Shown here: positions 12,501 through 22,664 of the stretch, one piece after another
Numbering within the stretch: the stretch's first letter is position 1
Layout: every line of letters starts with the position of its first letter
Assembly (NCBI GenBank): GCA_002633005.1
Contig: NMRA01000092.1
Location: 62,001-126,000 of the forward strand
Source of the DNA: Phoronis australis
Taxonomy: Eukaryota > Animalia > Phoronida
DNA length: 64,000 nt
Reading direction: 5' to 3'
The notes under the pieces: model-generated
Told to the model about the DNA's origin: nothing
What the model saw: only the letters and a program-made list of their open reading frames with translations
Databases searched by the model: none
Program-made: the position numbers and the translations under genes

Positions 12501-15500
12501 TTAACTTCTGAAATTGAATTCCTCGTGTAAGTGTAGAATCCATCTTTTGTGGAAGAAATATTGGATAAAAATTGGCCAAAACGCTGTGATGGGACAAAAG
12601 ACTGAGCATGGCGACTAACAAAAGAAAGATTGCTATCAGAGCTCTGAAAACATGGGGGCAGATCCTGGACTTAACAATTCTTGAGTGCCGTATATTATTT
12701 CTCAGTGTTAAATCCAAGCTATTCACTCTAACAGCAGAGTTACAAACGGGTTCAGCCAACCTGGATCTGCTCCTGTGGTGTGTGACAGGTTATTGTTAAG
12801 TCCTGCATATAAGCCATTAAGCTGTTTTACAGTAATTCCATCTTCAGCATCGAAAACAAATTCTGCATCAGCTAGTAGAGTAGGTGATACACCACCAGAA
12901 CTTCCTGCACCAAGGCCTATTAAACCAGGTTTGTATCTTTCTGTTTCTTGGCAGATGTTACGATAAAATCTCACCAATTTCGACAACAAACATAATTGAC
13001 AATTTTTGTTTTTCAACTGCTTTTAACATTCTTGTGAATTGTTAATTTTTTCCAAACATGTGATGATAACTATGTTTTAGAATTTCAGCATGGAAAATCA
13101 TTACAGACTTTGATGCAATATATCTGTCAACAAAAAATTACATTTCACTTGTCGGCCATATTGTGTCCTAAATTTCGCTTGTCGGCCATATTGTGTCCTA
13201 AATTTCACTTGTCGGCCATATTGTGTCCTAAATTGGTGAGATTGTAACGTATACTGTACTTATCCGGGTCAATGTCCAGGATGCTTGAATTGGAAACTTT
13301 AAAAATCACGGCAAGGGGTGGGCGTTAAGCCGAGCGTGGGCTTTCTGAGAAGTTAGTATGAGCGTTCGTCTGAATGGTCTATTCCGTGATGCAGTTGCGT
13401 TCATATTTTTTATATTTTTAATATTTATGGTCTGTTTTCTTGGAATGGTTTTACTAATCAACTTTTAAAAGGATACTAAACCCTGTTTTGACAAGTTCCC
13501 TGGAAGCTGGTTCATTCACCTGCTGATGCAGCATTGCTACCTCTCTAGAGCCGTAAAAGCAGTATTCAAATACGGCACTTTGCCACTGTTTCATATATTG
13601 GATTTTGTGCTTTAAAGTAGGACGTCATGTGCCTCGCTTATAGTGTTGGTCATGGTTGCCTGTTTAACAGACTTTGTAATGTTGTAAACTTTTTCGGATT
13701 GTTTTGTTAAAGATTAAATGAACATGGTGGAGCATCTGTTAATAGAGATAATCTGGATTCAGTGTTAGAGTCTGGCAAAACTGGCTTTACATTGAAAGAA
13801 GTGACATGGACTTACATTGGATGTAAGCCCATGATCTTGTATTAAAAAAGGTTCGGCATTTTAAAATGTTCCCATGAAGTGAATTATTTTTCCCACATGT
13901 ACGTAATCTTGTATGGGATATTTTATGGTAAAACTGTTATAATTTACTCAAATGTTGGAGAACAAATTGTTCTTTTTAAAATTTTCCATCAAGGAGCTTC
14001 TGGCCAACAAAATTAATTTCAAAAACCTGAAAACTGGAAAAGACCTTTTTGCAGATGTTGCAAGCTCATAAACAACCGTTTTGCGCTCCAAATTTCCAAG
14101 CAATTGAGAAAATGGATGTATTTCACATGATTATGTAGGAAATTCCTGACAATTTGGAATATATCACTTGGGTAGTAGTTTTTGTCCTTTTAACAAAGAC
14201 CCCTTGTCAGACAACAAAAGCCGCAAAATGGTTGGTTTAAGTAGTGGCTCACTGTTCCAAAAAGATGACTTTTGTTTTGTATCTTTGACGGATTTTCATG
14301 AAATTTGGCTAGTAGTTTTGAGAAACGACGACACCTTCCCATTTTTGGGTCGGTTCATGGCCCCTAGAAACACACGGGTGCAGTGGTGAGTGCATTTCAA
14401 TTCTCTTTATTGGTCTTGTTTAAGTAGTTGCCAGTGTCAAGGCAAGTTCATTCTCTGAAATCTGAAACCTGATGCGATGATATGGGCAACGAATCACAAA
14501 AACTTTGTTGTTATATTTAGTTGATGACATCAAGTTCTTAAAATAATATGTAAAGGTGACATGTATACACAACTAAGTGTGATGCCATTGGTGCTGTTTT
14601 AAGAAAACCGTGCTTGCTGAAAAGTACAGTTTGTCTCAGAATTGTATGGAATCTGTAGAATGTTGGCATTAGGAATCTTCTCTCTGTTGTCATCTGCTAT
14701 AAGATATATTTTCTGAATAACGATTTACACAGTTTTGTGGTGAGATCCGAGTACGGCTAACTACTATCAGGGAAAATTCTCTGATCAGTAAGGGTGCGTA
14801 TTTTATAGCTTTAACGACATGCCATTGGCTAAATTGTGTCCATTACCTCATTTAGGTCTTTACTCTCACCACTTTGTGTTCAAGCCCTACTCTAAGTCTA
14901 CTGATTTGTATTTACCTGCAGAACGTGAGGACCACAAAGGAAGGGACTTGCCTCCCATTCCTACATCAAGGCATCCAGGCATTCCCACTCCGCCATCACC
15001 TGATCTTCCGACTGAGGGACTGTATCAGTTCCCTTGGTATCATTCCAATCTGACCAGAACGATGGCAGACCAGAGATTAAAAGCAATGAACAAGGTAGGC
15101 GTCTGCTGGAAGATGGCGCTGTTCTTAGCTGGCTAAACATGTTTCTGTGACTTTGAACCAAAAAGAGATGGACTTTTGATGAGAAGGAATGTTAAAGAAA
15201 AAGGAATTAAAATAAATAGTTGAAACTCGTCACACTGCAAGAGTGCAGCATCTGACGCATGTATATTACTAACTGTCATTTAAACCACAGGTGAATTATA
15301 TAAATGTGAAAATATTAAAAATTTAATCAATTTGTCAACCCTTCTATTACAGTCTGTTGATGTGGGATTCCTTGTCTTTTAGTTGATCTTGAACAAGATT
15401 GTCAATGTTCTTTCTTCTGTCTCTTGTGAATGCAATATTCACGTTGAACTAAGCTGTGACACCCTGTTCCATCAAAGCAGACATCTTGTTCAAAGCATTC

Positions 15501-17203
15501 TCAATTTGATAGTCTTTAGAGATGCAGCTGTCTCCAATCTTGTTGAAGTCAGTGCTCTGTCTCTTGTGTATGACTTGTTTATGCTATACTAAACTCTTGA
15601 TGCATTCTTCCAGGAAAGTGGGTTTCTCATACGAAAAAGTAGTAAAGATCCAGCAAAGCCATACACCTTAGCGATTTACTTTAATGATAAAGTCTGGAAC
15701 CTTAACGTACGACTGAAGAGTGATGGAACGTATGCAATAGGACTTGAAAAACCCAACGAATTGGTTTGTTATTAATTATTTAAGAAATGAAATTTTGCAA
15801 AGTTGCATTTTTATTTTTTTGAGTGCACACTACTTTTCGCATTTTTCATCCGATTGACATGAAATTTTTGTGCAGGTGAAACACTCAAGACTTGTTTTCC
15901 TGGGTGAACTGGGTGCAAGATGGTGCTGTGGCTGCCATTTTTCAAATTTTTGCTTAATGGAGATCGAAGTGTGTAATGTTTTTATAGCTGTTAAGTTACT
16001 TGGTCAGAATGCCAAAAGTATAATTGTGATAGTTGCTCACCATGCTACAATGAAGTAAAATTTCAAACATTTTATCATTTTTATAGACAAATTTTTCAAT
16101 TTTAAATGAAATTTCATTTGTATGCCATATGGTGGTGTGTCATTTATTCGGCCAATGAATGGTTTCTACCTGTGTTATTGGTTTTGATAAATAGTGGAAT
16201 GGTTTACTCATTTAGCCCACAATATGGCCGGCAAGTGAAATTCTGTTTTGTTAAATTTCTCCAAAAGTAAAGATTAAAAACAATTTAGTTTATTAAAAGC
16301 CTGGATTGTAGTGTGTAGATGTCATAAAATAACATTTGATGAAACTTCAATTATTTGCAAAAAGGTAATCAACCTTTAAAAATGTGAAAGTGGCAATTTT
16401 GGGAATTATTGTTGTTCAAAGTAAAAAGTGTAAAATTTCCTTACCTACATTTAGTAGATATTAACTGCTCTTCCGTGTTTCCTTTCAGACGTTCCGGTCT
16501 GTTGATGAGCTGGTGCAGCATCACTGTTCGCATGACATACTCTTGGCTGGCTCCAACGGAGGTGTTACCAAATTACTGCACCCACTGAGGAAATNTCACA
16601 GTGACTAGCGAGAAACTCGCAAGTGAGCTATTGTGATAGTTGCTCACCATGCTACAATGAAGTAAAATTTCAAGCATTTTATCATTTTTATAGACAAATT
16701 TTTCAATTTTAAATGAAATTTCATTTGTATGCCATATGGTGGTGTGTCATTTATTTGGCCAATGAATGGTTTTTACCTGTGTTATTGGTTTTGATAAATA
16801 GTGGAATGGTTTACTCATTTAGCCCACAGTATGGCCGGCAAGTGAAATTCTGTTTTATTAAATTTCTCCAAAAGTAAAAATTAAAAACAATTTAGGTTAT
16901 TAAAAGCCTGGATTGTAGTGTGTAGATGTCATAAAACAACATTTGATGAAACTTCAATTATTTGCAAAAAGGTAATCAACCTTTAAAAATGTGAAAGTGG
17001 CAATTTTGGGAATTATTGTTGTTCAAAGTAAAAAGTGTAAAATTTCCTTACCTACATTTAGTAGATATTAACTGCTCTTCCGTGTTTCCTTTCAGACGTT
17101 CCGGTCTGTTGATGAGCTGGTGCAGCATCACTGTTCGCATGACATACTCTTGGCTGGCTCCAACGGAGGTGTTACCAAATTACTGCACCCACTGAGGAAA
17201 TAA
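3226..17203 (+). CDS. BLNK: BLNK/SLP-76 (LCP2)-family SH2 adaptor, spliced, 5'-partial. Exons 3226-3520, 6748-6804, 7854-7966, 9029-9523, 11415(or 11418)-11670, 12833-12928, 14922-15094, 15614-15763, 17096-17203 (duplicate last exon at 16489-16594)
   Basis: Seen: all introns are GT-AG with matching phases (1,1,0,0,1,1,0,0) and the exons total 1743 nt = 580 aa + TAA. The C-terminal SH2 WYHSNLTRTMADQRLKAMNKESGFLIRKSSKDPAKPYTLAIYFNDKVWNLNVRLKSDGTYAIGLEKPNELTFRSVDELVQHH resembles, from recall, the BLNK SH2 (GSFLIRKSS..PYTL..FN..VYN..VR). Acidic YxxP motifs, then Pro-rich region, then SH2 is the SLP-family layout. The symbol means BLNK-like; exact orthology (BLNK/LCP2/CLNK) is not resolved. Confidence 0.85.
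6748..6804 (+). CDS. BLNK: BLNK-like small exon (SNNSSGLDSDEYEKPCLP)
   Basis: ttttag|GT...CCAG|gtatga; 57 nt, phase 1-1; acidic YEKP motif. Confidence 0.75.
6965..7208. mobile_element. MITE family A (non-autonomous DNA transposon)
   Basis: Inverted termini cgtaaaatctcaccaatttaggaca ... tgtccgaatttggtgagattttaccg. Related fragments (tttcacttgtcggccatattgtgtcctaaat) recur near 5850, 16210, 32210, 39680, 48310, 49165 and 53790. Confidence 0.7.
7854..7966 (+). CDS. BLNK: BLNK-like Pro-rich exon (DSPAIRRPAPPPKEDTPPPRPPKPGQ...RRQ)
   Basis: gttgtag|AT...CAG|gtag; phase 1-0; open Pro-rich frame. Confidence 0.8.
9029..9523 (+). CDS. BLNK: BLNK-like large Pro-rich exon with DDYITP motif
   Basis: ttttag|ATG...GAG|gtaagt; 495 nt, phase 0-0. 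This is the ORF-track ORF 9029..9637 up to the donor. Confidence 0.88.
9785..9930. mobile_element. Tandem dimer of a short GC-rich inverted-repeat element
   Basis: Two ~70-bp units, each cayggrcagcgca ... tgyrctryccat with internal G/C runs. Confidence 0.4.
11415..11670 (+). CDS. BLNK: BLNK-like exon ((Q)VLQEEEQKKQSVKDRIAQLNK...PKLPAPRPGKP)
   Basis: Tandem CAG|CAG| acceptor (11415 or 11418, both phase 0) and donor CCAG|gtttgt (phase 1). The polypyrimidine tract is weak, so the 5' boundary is less certain. Confidence 0.7.
11714..11960. mobile_element. MITE family A, degenerate copy just downstream of exon 11415-11670
   Basis: ccaatttaggacaaaa ... tttcatttgtcggccatattgtgttctaaattgttgagattttactgta. 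Confidence 0.6.
12833..12928 (+). CDS. BLNK: BLNK-like 96-nt symmetric exon, paralogous to the 3' part of the previous exon
   Basis: ttttacag|TA...CCAG|gtttgt; phase 1-1; VIPSSASKTNSASASRVGDTPPELPAPRPIKP versus KATSSASARVDDAPPKLPAPRPGKP. Confidence 0.72.
12959..13251. mobile_element. MITE family A with TA flanks and an internal 30-bp triplication
   Basis: ta|cgataaaatctcaccaattt ... aaattggtgagattgtaacg|ta. TA target sites suggest a Tc1/mariner/pogo-type element. Confidence 0.72.
13142..13234. repeat. 30-bp tandem repeat x3 (atttcacttgtcggccatattgtgtcctaa)
   Basis: Three near-identical head-to-tail copies, one substitution. Confidence 0.9.
14922..15094 (+). CDS. BLNK: BLNK-like exon, start of SH2 domain
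   Basis: cctgcag|AA...AAG|gtaggc; phase 1-0; encodes FPWYHSNLTRTMADQRLKAMNK (SH2 betaA/alphaA). Confidence 0.88.
15614..15763 (+). CDS. BLNK: BLNK-like exon, SH2 core (FLIRKSS)
   Basis: ttcttccag|GAA...TTG|gtttgt; 150 nt, phase 0-0; FLVRES-type signature with the pTyr-binding Arg intact. Confidence 0.9.
16023..17201. repeat. ~572-bp direct duplication (16023-16594 / 16630-17201) across an N, probably an assembly overlap
   Basis: Near-identical copies; the first ends exactly at the n (16595). About 8 intronic substitutions and an identical exon. Confidence 0.85.
16489..16594 (+). CDS. BLNK: First copy of the BLNK-like last coding exon, cut by the N gap at the stop codon
   Basis: cctttcag|ACG TTC CGG..., identical to 17096-17201; ends at 'aaatn'. 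Confidence 0.55.
17096..17203 (+). CDS. BLNK: BLNK-like last coding exon (TFRSVDELVQHHCSHDILLAGSNGGVTKLLHPLRK*)
   Basis: cctttcag| acceptor, phase 0, SH2 alphaB, TAA at 17201-17203; AATAAA signals follow near 17268 and 17798. Confidence 0.88.
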   Translation, partial: TFRSVDELVQHHCSHDILLAGSNGGVTKLLHPLRK

Positions 17204-17889
17204 ACAAGACATTGTTTTTATGGCAAGTCCAAAGGGGGCGTTGCCATATTGCTTCATTCATTGAGAAAATAAAGAAGGGACCAAGTTCATTTTTGGAATT
17301 AGTACAAGCAAAGTACTAATTACTAGGTCAATATATACAATGGGTTTTTAGCTTCTTCAGTGCTTTCATGGCTGCAATATCCGTGGCCGTGGTAACACTC
17401 TTAAAAACGTGTTATTCATCAGTAAGGGAAAAGAAATTGAAAAGACTGATAACGTTACAAAGAAAGAAATTTTGGTCAAGTAATTTGTTAAACTGTTTAC
17501 TAGTGATAACTACCTTTGGTACAATAATTCTTGACCTATTATTCTTTCTGTTCCTTGTGTTATATACTCTGTTTTCCTTTGCACAGAGCTTGTCATTTAG
17601 GTTTTGAAATAAGGGGAGAAGGGGCTGGGTCGTTTTGATGTATGTTACATTTATGCATTTTGTTTACTATATTGGTCTCTATTATTTATGATCATAGTCA
17701 GTATTTTATCTTCTAATGCAGAATTTGCAGAATAATTGAATTAATATATTAATGAAAACACACACGACAGTTTACTTTATCTGCAATTGTTTAACTGAAT
17801 AAAGGTGATGAACCTGTTGTGAATGCAGTGTTTGTAATGATAGCTATGTTGTGTTTCATGAGTAAACCATCTACCTACCTTTAGGATGG

Positions 17890-17988
17890 TGAGATCTGCT
17901 TTGTACTGTCCAATTAGCTGGCTGAGTTCTGCTTTGTGCTGTCCAGTTAGCAGACTGAGATCTGCTATGTGTTGTCCAGTTAGCAGGC
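17890..17988. repeat. 33-bp minisatellite x3
   Basis: tgagatctgctttgtrctgtccarttagcwgrc, diverged copies at 17890, 17923 and 17956. Confidence 0.8.
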
Positions 17989-19429
17989 TCAGAGGTCTGT
18001 CTTATGAAAAATAACATGAAGCGAATAAAACACGACTTCTGTCATGAAAACAACTTTTGATTTGGATCACTTACTGTTATGAAATTAGTCACTAATTGTT
18101 ACTTAGTCAAAGTAGGTCAGATTTATGTGTTTGGAGAGAACCGACAAGTTATTGCTCGAGACCAGGATCTGTAAGTTGACTTGTCATGGCGTGTTATTTT
18201 TTTCACTGAGCATGTTCTTAAGCAACGACGGACTGTCGGTTTTTTGGAAAACCAAAAAGCATTTCTCATCTTAGTAAGAAACAAGTTGAGACCAGTTTAA
18301 GGCAGCTGCTTTGAGACTTAAGCCAGAAATTTTGAATTGTGCTTCCACTTAATAATTGTGGAAGAATTTACCATGTAATTAATTGTTAGCACGTCACTGT
18401 TAAGAAATAATTGATGAAAATTTTCTCAAGAACTAGATACTGCAGGTATGTTTCAGAAAGCTTGTACTTATGCTGAGGAGAGGTTGTAGTTTTGAAATAA
18501 TAAGGAGCACCGGTAATAGTCACCTGCAGGAGTCCTGCATCTTAAGAACCAGTTTTCTCCTCTGAATAACAGGTGTCAAACTGGTTCTTGAAATCTATGA
18601 TCCTTATAAGTGAGTATTGCCAGATTACTCACACGGCATTTTGTACTTTAGGGCAAGATTGAGTGTTCATATCCCAAGGTCAGTGATAGTGTGGCTATTA
18701 AGTTGGCACACCCTTGTATTTTAAAGGTGTTTCTTGATCTCTTTCGATTTTGTGCTTCTCAGGAGCAATTCATTTTATGAAGTGAGGCAAGATATTAAGT
18801 ACTTGGGTGGTATTTTTGGTGTGAAGTCGTAGATTTTCAGCATTGCAGTCTCACTTTGAAGTAACCTGTTGGGTGTGTTTATTAAAAATCTTTACTTGGG
18901 GTTTTCGAAAGAGTCCCCGCCAAGACAGACCCCTTGGGGAAACAATGTTTGAAAAAGTGCCATGGAGGATCCTTTTTGCTCGTCTGGTACGGGGCAGATA
19001 TTGGAAAAGGGCAAGTAATGTGATGCGTTTAATTTCTCAGTTTTTGTCATATCTTTGAATTGCATCGCCTGACTTTCAGTAGCTAAATTGCCGAAGAAGT
19101 TAACCCTAGCATGTATTTAAAGATGTATTTGCCTGCTCCTAACTATGCTAATTTATAGCATGAAGTAAGCGACAATGCTATTTGAACATCATCTATGCTA
19201 AACAAAGTGCAGTTGGATTAATTGACAGCTTGTTAAAGTGAAAAAAAAATCTGTAAATAGGTGACTTTTGCACTAATGACGTACGTACCTTGGGGGCTCA
19301 CATAACCCACATCATGTAGTGTTATTCCCCAACACCACGTCACGATACTTACTGGACACGGTTGAGTGATTTGCGGCAGATCATTTTCGACACAAAATGC
19401 ACTATTAAAACATTTGGCAATTTTCAGCT

Positions 19430-19575
19430 TACGGTGTTTTCTCTATTAATTCGTACACTCTATTAGTTCGTACAGGACCCTTGAAACATGTCATTCCTCT
19501 CCAATAGTTCGTACAGTAGGCGTCCAAGGGTTAAATACTTCGTACACTAGTGTACGAACTAGAGAAAACACGGTA
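19430..19575. mobile_element. Short MITE (family B) with TA ends and repeated ttcgtaca motifs
   Basis: tacggtgttttctcta ... tagagaaaacacggta inverted termini; ttcgtaca occurs four times forward and once inverted. Confidence 0.75.
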
Positions 19576-22500
19576 CTTCATATTACAGGCTGAGCGTTGC
19601 TGTATGTTGCATTTCTATTTAATTTCACCAAGCAATCACAGAGATAAGGAATTAGAGTGCAAGTTCCACTTTAAAATCCATAATGGATCAGGGCACTGTG
19701 GTCAACTATAGAAGTTTTTGCAAATGTCTCACCACTTATCGCTGAAATGTTCTCCTGGGGCTTTATTGGCTTAAAATCACTATTGATGTTTCCGAGAGAG
19801 TTCCCAGGGGGCCCTTTCTGAAATCCCTGGTAGCCGTCAGTTGCACATGACAAGTATCAGTGATTGTTACTTTATGAAAGTCTTCTGTTTGATTGAGGTT
19901 TGCTGCTTCAATTGTCTCGCTGCTAGCTTCATTATGGGAAAGGTTGACTAAGCTCGCTTTGTAGCTGTGATTAAATTAATAAGTAGAATCTGGTATTGAG
20001 AGCTGTTGTTTCATACACTTTCTTGTAAGATCTATCCTTGTTTACATGGTCTCCTGTGATCAGCGCTTTACTATATCGTTTGATATTCGTATAGAGAAAT
20101 ATTTTTCGTGATCTTTATTACTGTTATGTAATTTTGTAACATGATGTAAATAGACGGAATTGGGATTAGTGGTCTGTTTCATAAGTTTTGCCTGATGCTC
20201 AAACTTGACAACTGCAGAATAAAGGTTTAGCTATTAAGATCTCATCAGTGTCTAGAAATAATTTATAGAAATTATTTTAGTAACTTGCTGTTACGTGTAT
20301 ATCCTCAAATGAGATTATTTTTTTCCGAAATAGTTGTGTGAAACGTAAGACCAAATTTCTGACTTCATCTTGCTCAAGTGCCTAGAAATTTAAATATTTT
20401 TCTGAGTGTTGTGCCACAACTTTTCACGAACCAGACCCCAGTTCTTTCTATTGTAGTAATGAATTTAGACAATCCACAGTGCAGCGTGTTTAGAACTCTA
20501 TGAAACAGGTTGCCAGTCTTTTTATTATTATGACTGAAATGAAATGTGAGATGAAAATAGGAAACCAACACTTTTTGGTTTTGTTTGTACGTAAAAGTAC
20601 AAAATTAATCCCCTATCTGCCTGCAACAACAGACACGTCCACCCTACACTGCTTCACATTTATCCAGTCAACGTTCGCTGATTGAGCAGTGGATTTGTAT
20701 TTATTCTGAATAACCCACAAAACGTCTTTCTCGTGGCAAAGTGAGATAACTGTTTTGATATTTTGATAACGGGGTTCTTTTTTGCAGTCTTTGTATAAAG
20801 TGTGTGTTTTTGCTTCTCTCTGGTCTAGGGTGCACAATCTTGCTTCGCAGAAATAGACCTTTTGATGGATAGAACGAGATGTTTTTGAGGAAAGCTCTAT
20901 ACTACGGTTGTGTTTTCATTATATACCCTGTTGGAAATGAATTTAGTATCAGTGGCGTAACCTAAGGCAAAACTGGATCAGATTCACATACCTCCAGAAC
21001 AACATAAATGCATTTTTTTAAACCTCAAAGGAGATTTTTATATTTTCTAGATGCATTATATGGGTATGTAGCCTCAGACTTTCTACAAAAGGTCATAATT
21101 GATTTGCATATGCATCATTTGGAGAAAAGTCAAATTGATATGCCTTTAAACAAGTAAAACTGGCAATGACTGCGTATCGGAACGAAGCGTTGATAATAGT
21201 TGAATATAACATACCCACATTATGAAGTCCAGTTGTCTCATTGTTACTTAGTCGCGAACTAAATTGTTATTGTTATTGTTACAGAAATGTTTCTGCCAAT
21301 ACATGTGAATTTTAATAGAAAAGTAGTGATTACATTTACATATGACATGAGTGAATTAAAATGTGTATAATTCTGGCTTAGTTTTAAACTGTCGCAAACT
21401 TGTGAAGACGTTGATTGTATTACAACTGTTGTAGCAGCTGTAGTCGGTGAAAACATTTGTTGATCAGCTTACTGATTGGGATGAATATTAAAGTTTGTAT
21501 AATTGTTTAATTATGGAATGGTTGTTTTTGTTTGAAGTGTCTGCCACCAGGTGGGGTAGTTTGTTGGTCTGCAGTAAGGCACTTGAATTCGCATTGAAAC
21601 ACTTGTGTCTCTTAAAATCTGTGAGTACCGTACTATGTAAGTATACCTTTGCTCGTGAACAACACAAGGTGATCTTGGTTCATTTTAGTAAATTATGCGA
21701 GAATGAGTCGTCCAGGACACGCATCAGTTTCAAATCAAAGATTTTTGAATAGAATTACGAGTTTTGTGGAAAAATTTTCAATTCTTGGCACAACCCAAGA
21801 TGATAGATCTCTGGTACAACGCTTATTCACTCCGTGCACACTTTGGTGGTGCTACAAAAATGGTTGTTGTGCATTGTTCAGGACACCAGGCTTCGTTTTA
21901 GCTTCAACGCAAACGTGAAAGCATTCTTGTAAAAAACATGCAGAATCATTATAGTTTGGACACGACGCCTCGTTTTCAAGCATAATGGCGAAGCCGTGCA
22001 AGTTGTAAATAGCACTGACCAGAAGGAAATGTGTATGCAGTGGATTGTGTGAAATCCACTCAACAGGTGGCGAGACCATCTTGTCCACGAGTCAGCTCAC
22101 CTGTAACTGCCAAACAGAAATCAACAGCATTCCGCGAGTCCGCCCAAAAATTGTTCGGCAAAGAGACAATTGCTAGAAAAGGAAGTAGAAGAAATGGCGC
22201 TCAGTTGCTTTTGTTGACAGATGACGTCACGTTTTTCTTCCTAAAATACTGCATGTAGATATAATCTGACTGGATCTAAGTAAGATAATATACGAACTAG
22301 TGGGGGCTTACAAAATAAATGATGCGAAATCAATCACAAATCAGATGACACGTGAACCACGGCCGGCTATAAGGTAGTGAGAAGGGTGTCACATTGGTTT
22401 CCAATTACCCAGGTCTATCGTTCGTTTGCAGAGTTCAGTAAAGCTAGGACCTAGCTAAAAAGCAAGACTTCGTGAGATGTTGCCTTGTATTTTAAATGAG

Positions 22501-22658
22501 AACACGTGATTTTGGCTAGGACCTCTCTAAAATCTAGGAGTGAATGTCCCACCTAAAATGTGACCCACAGACCAGATCATGTCTGTTACATGTTTGCAAC
22601 AACATCTCGTCCACCTTGTCAGGACAAAGCCAAAACTATAATTTCTTAACTTAATATT

Positions 22659-22664
22659 TTTATT
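22659..22664 (-). terminator. Candidate polyadenylation signal of the LZTS gene (implies ~4.2 kb 3' UTR)
   Basis: AATAAA on the - strand at the end of a long ORF-poor AU-rich tract downstream of the stop at 26822. Inference only. Confidence 0.4.
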
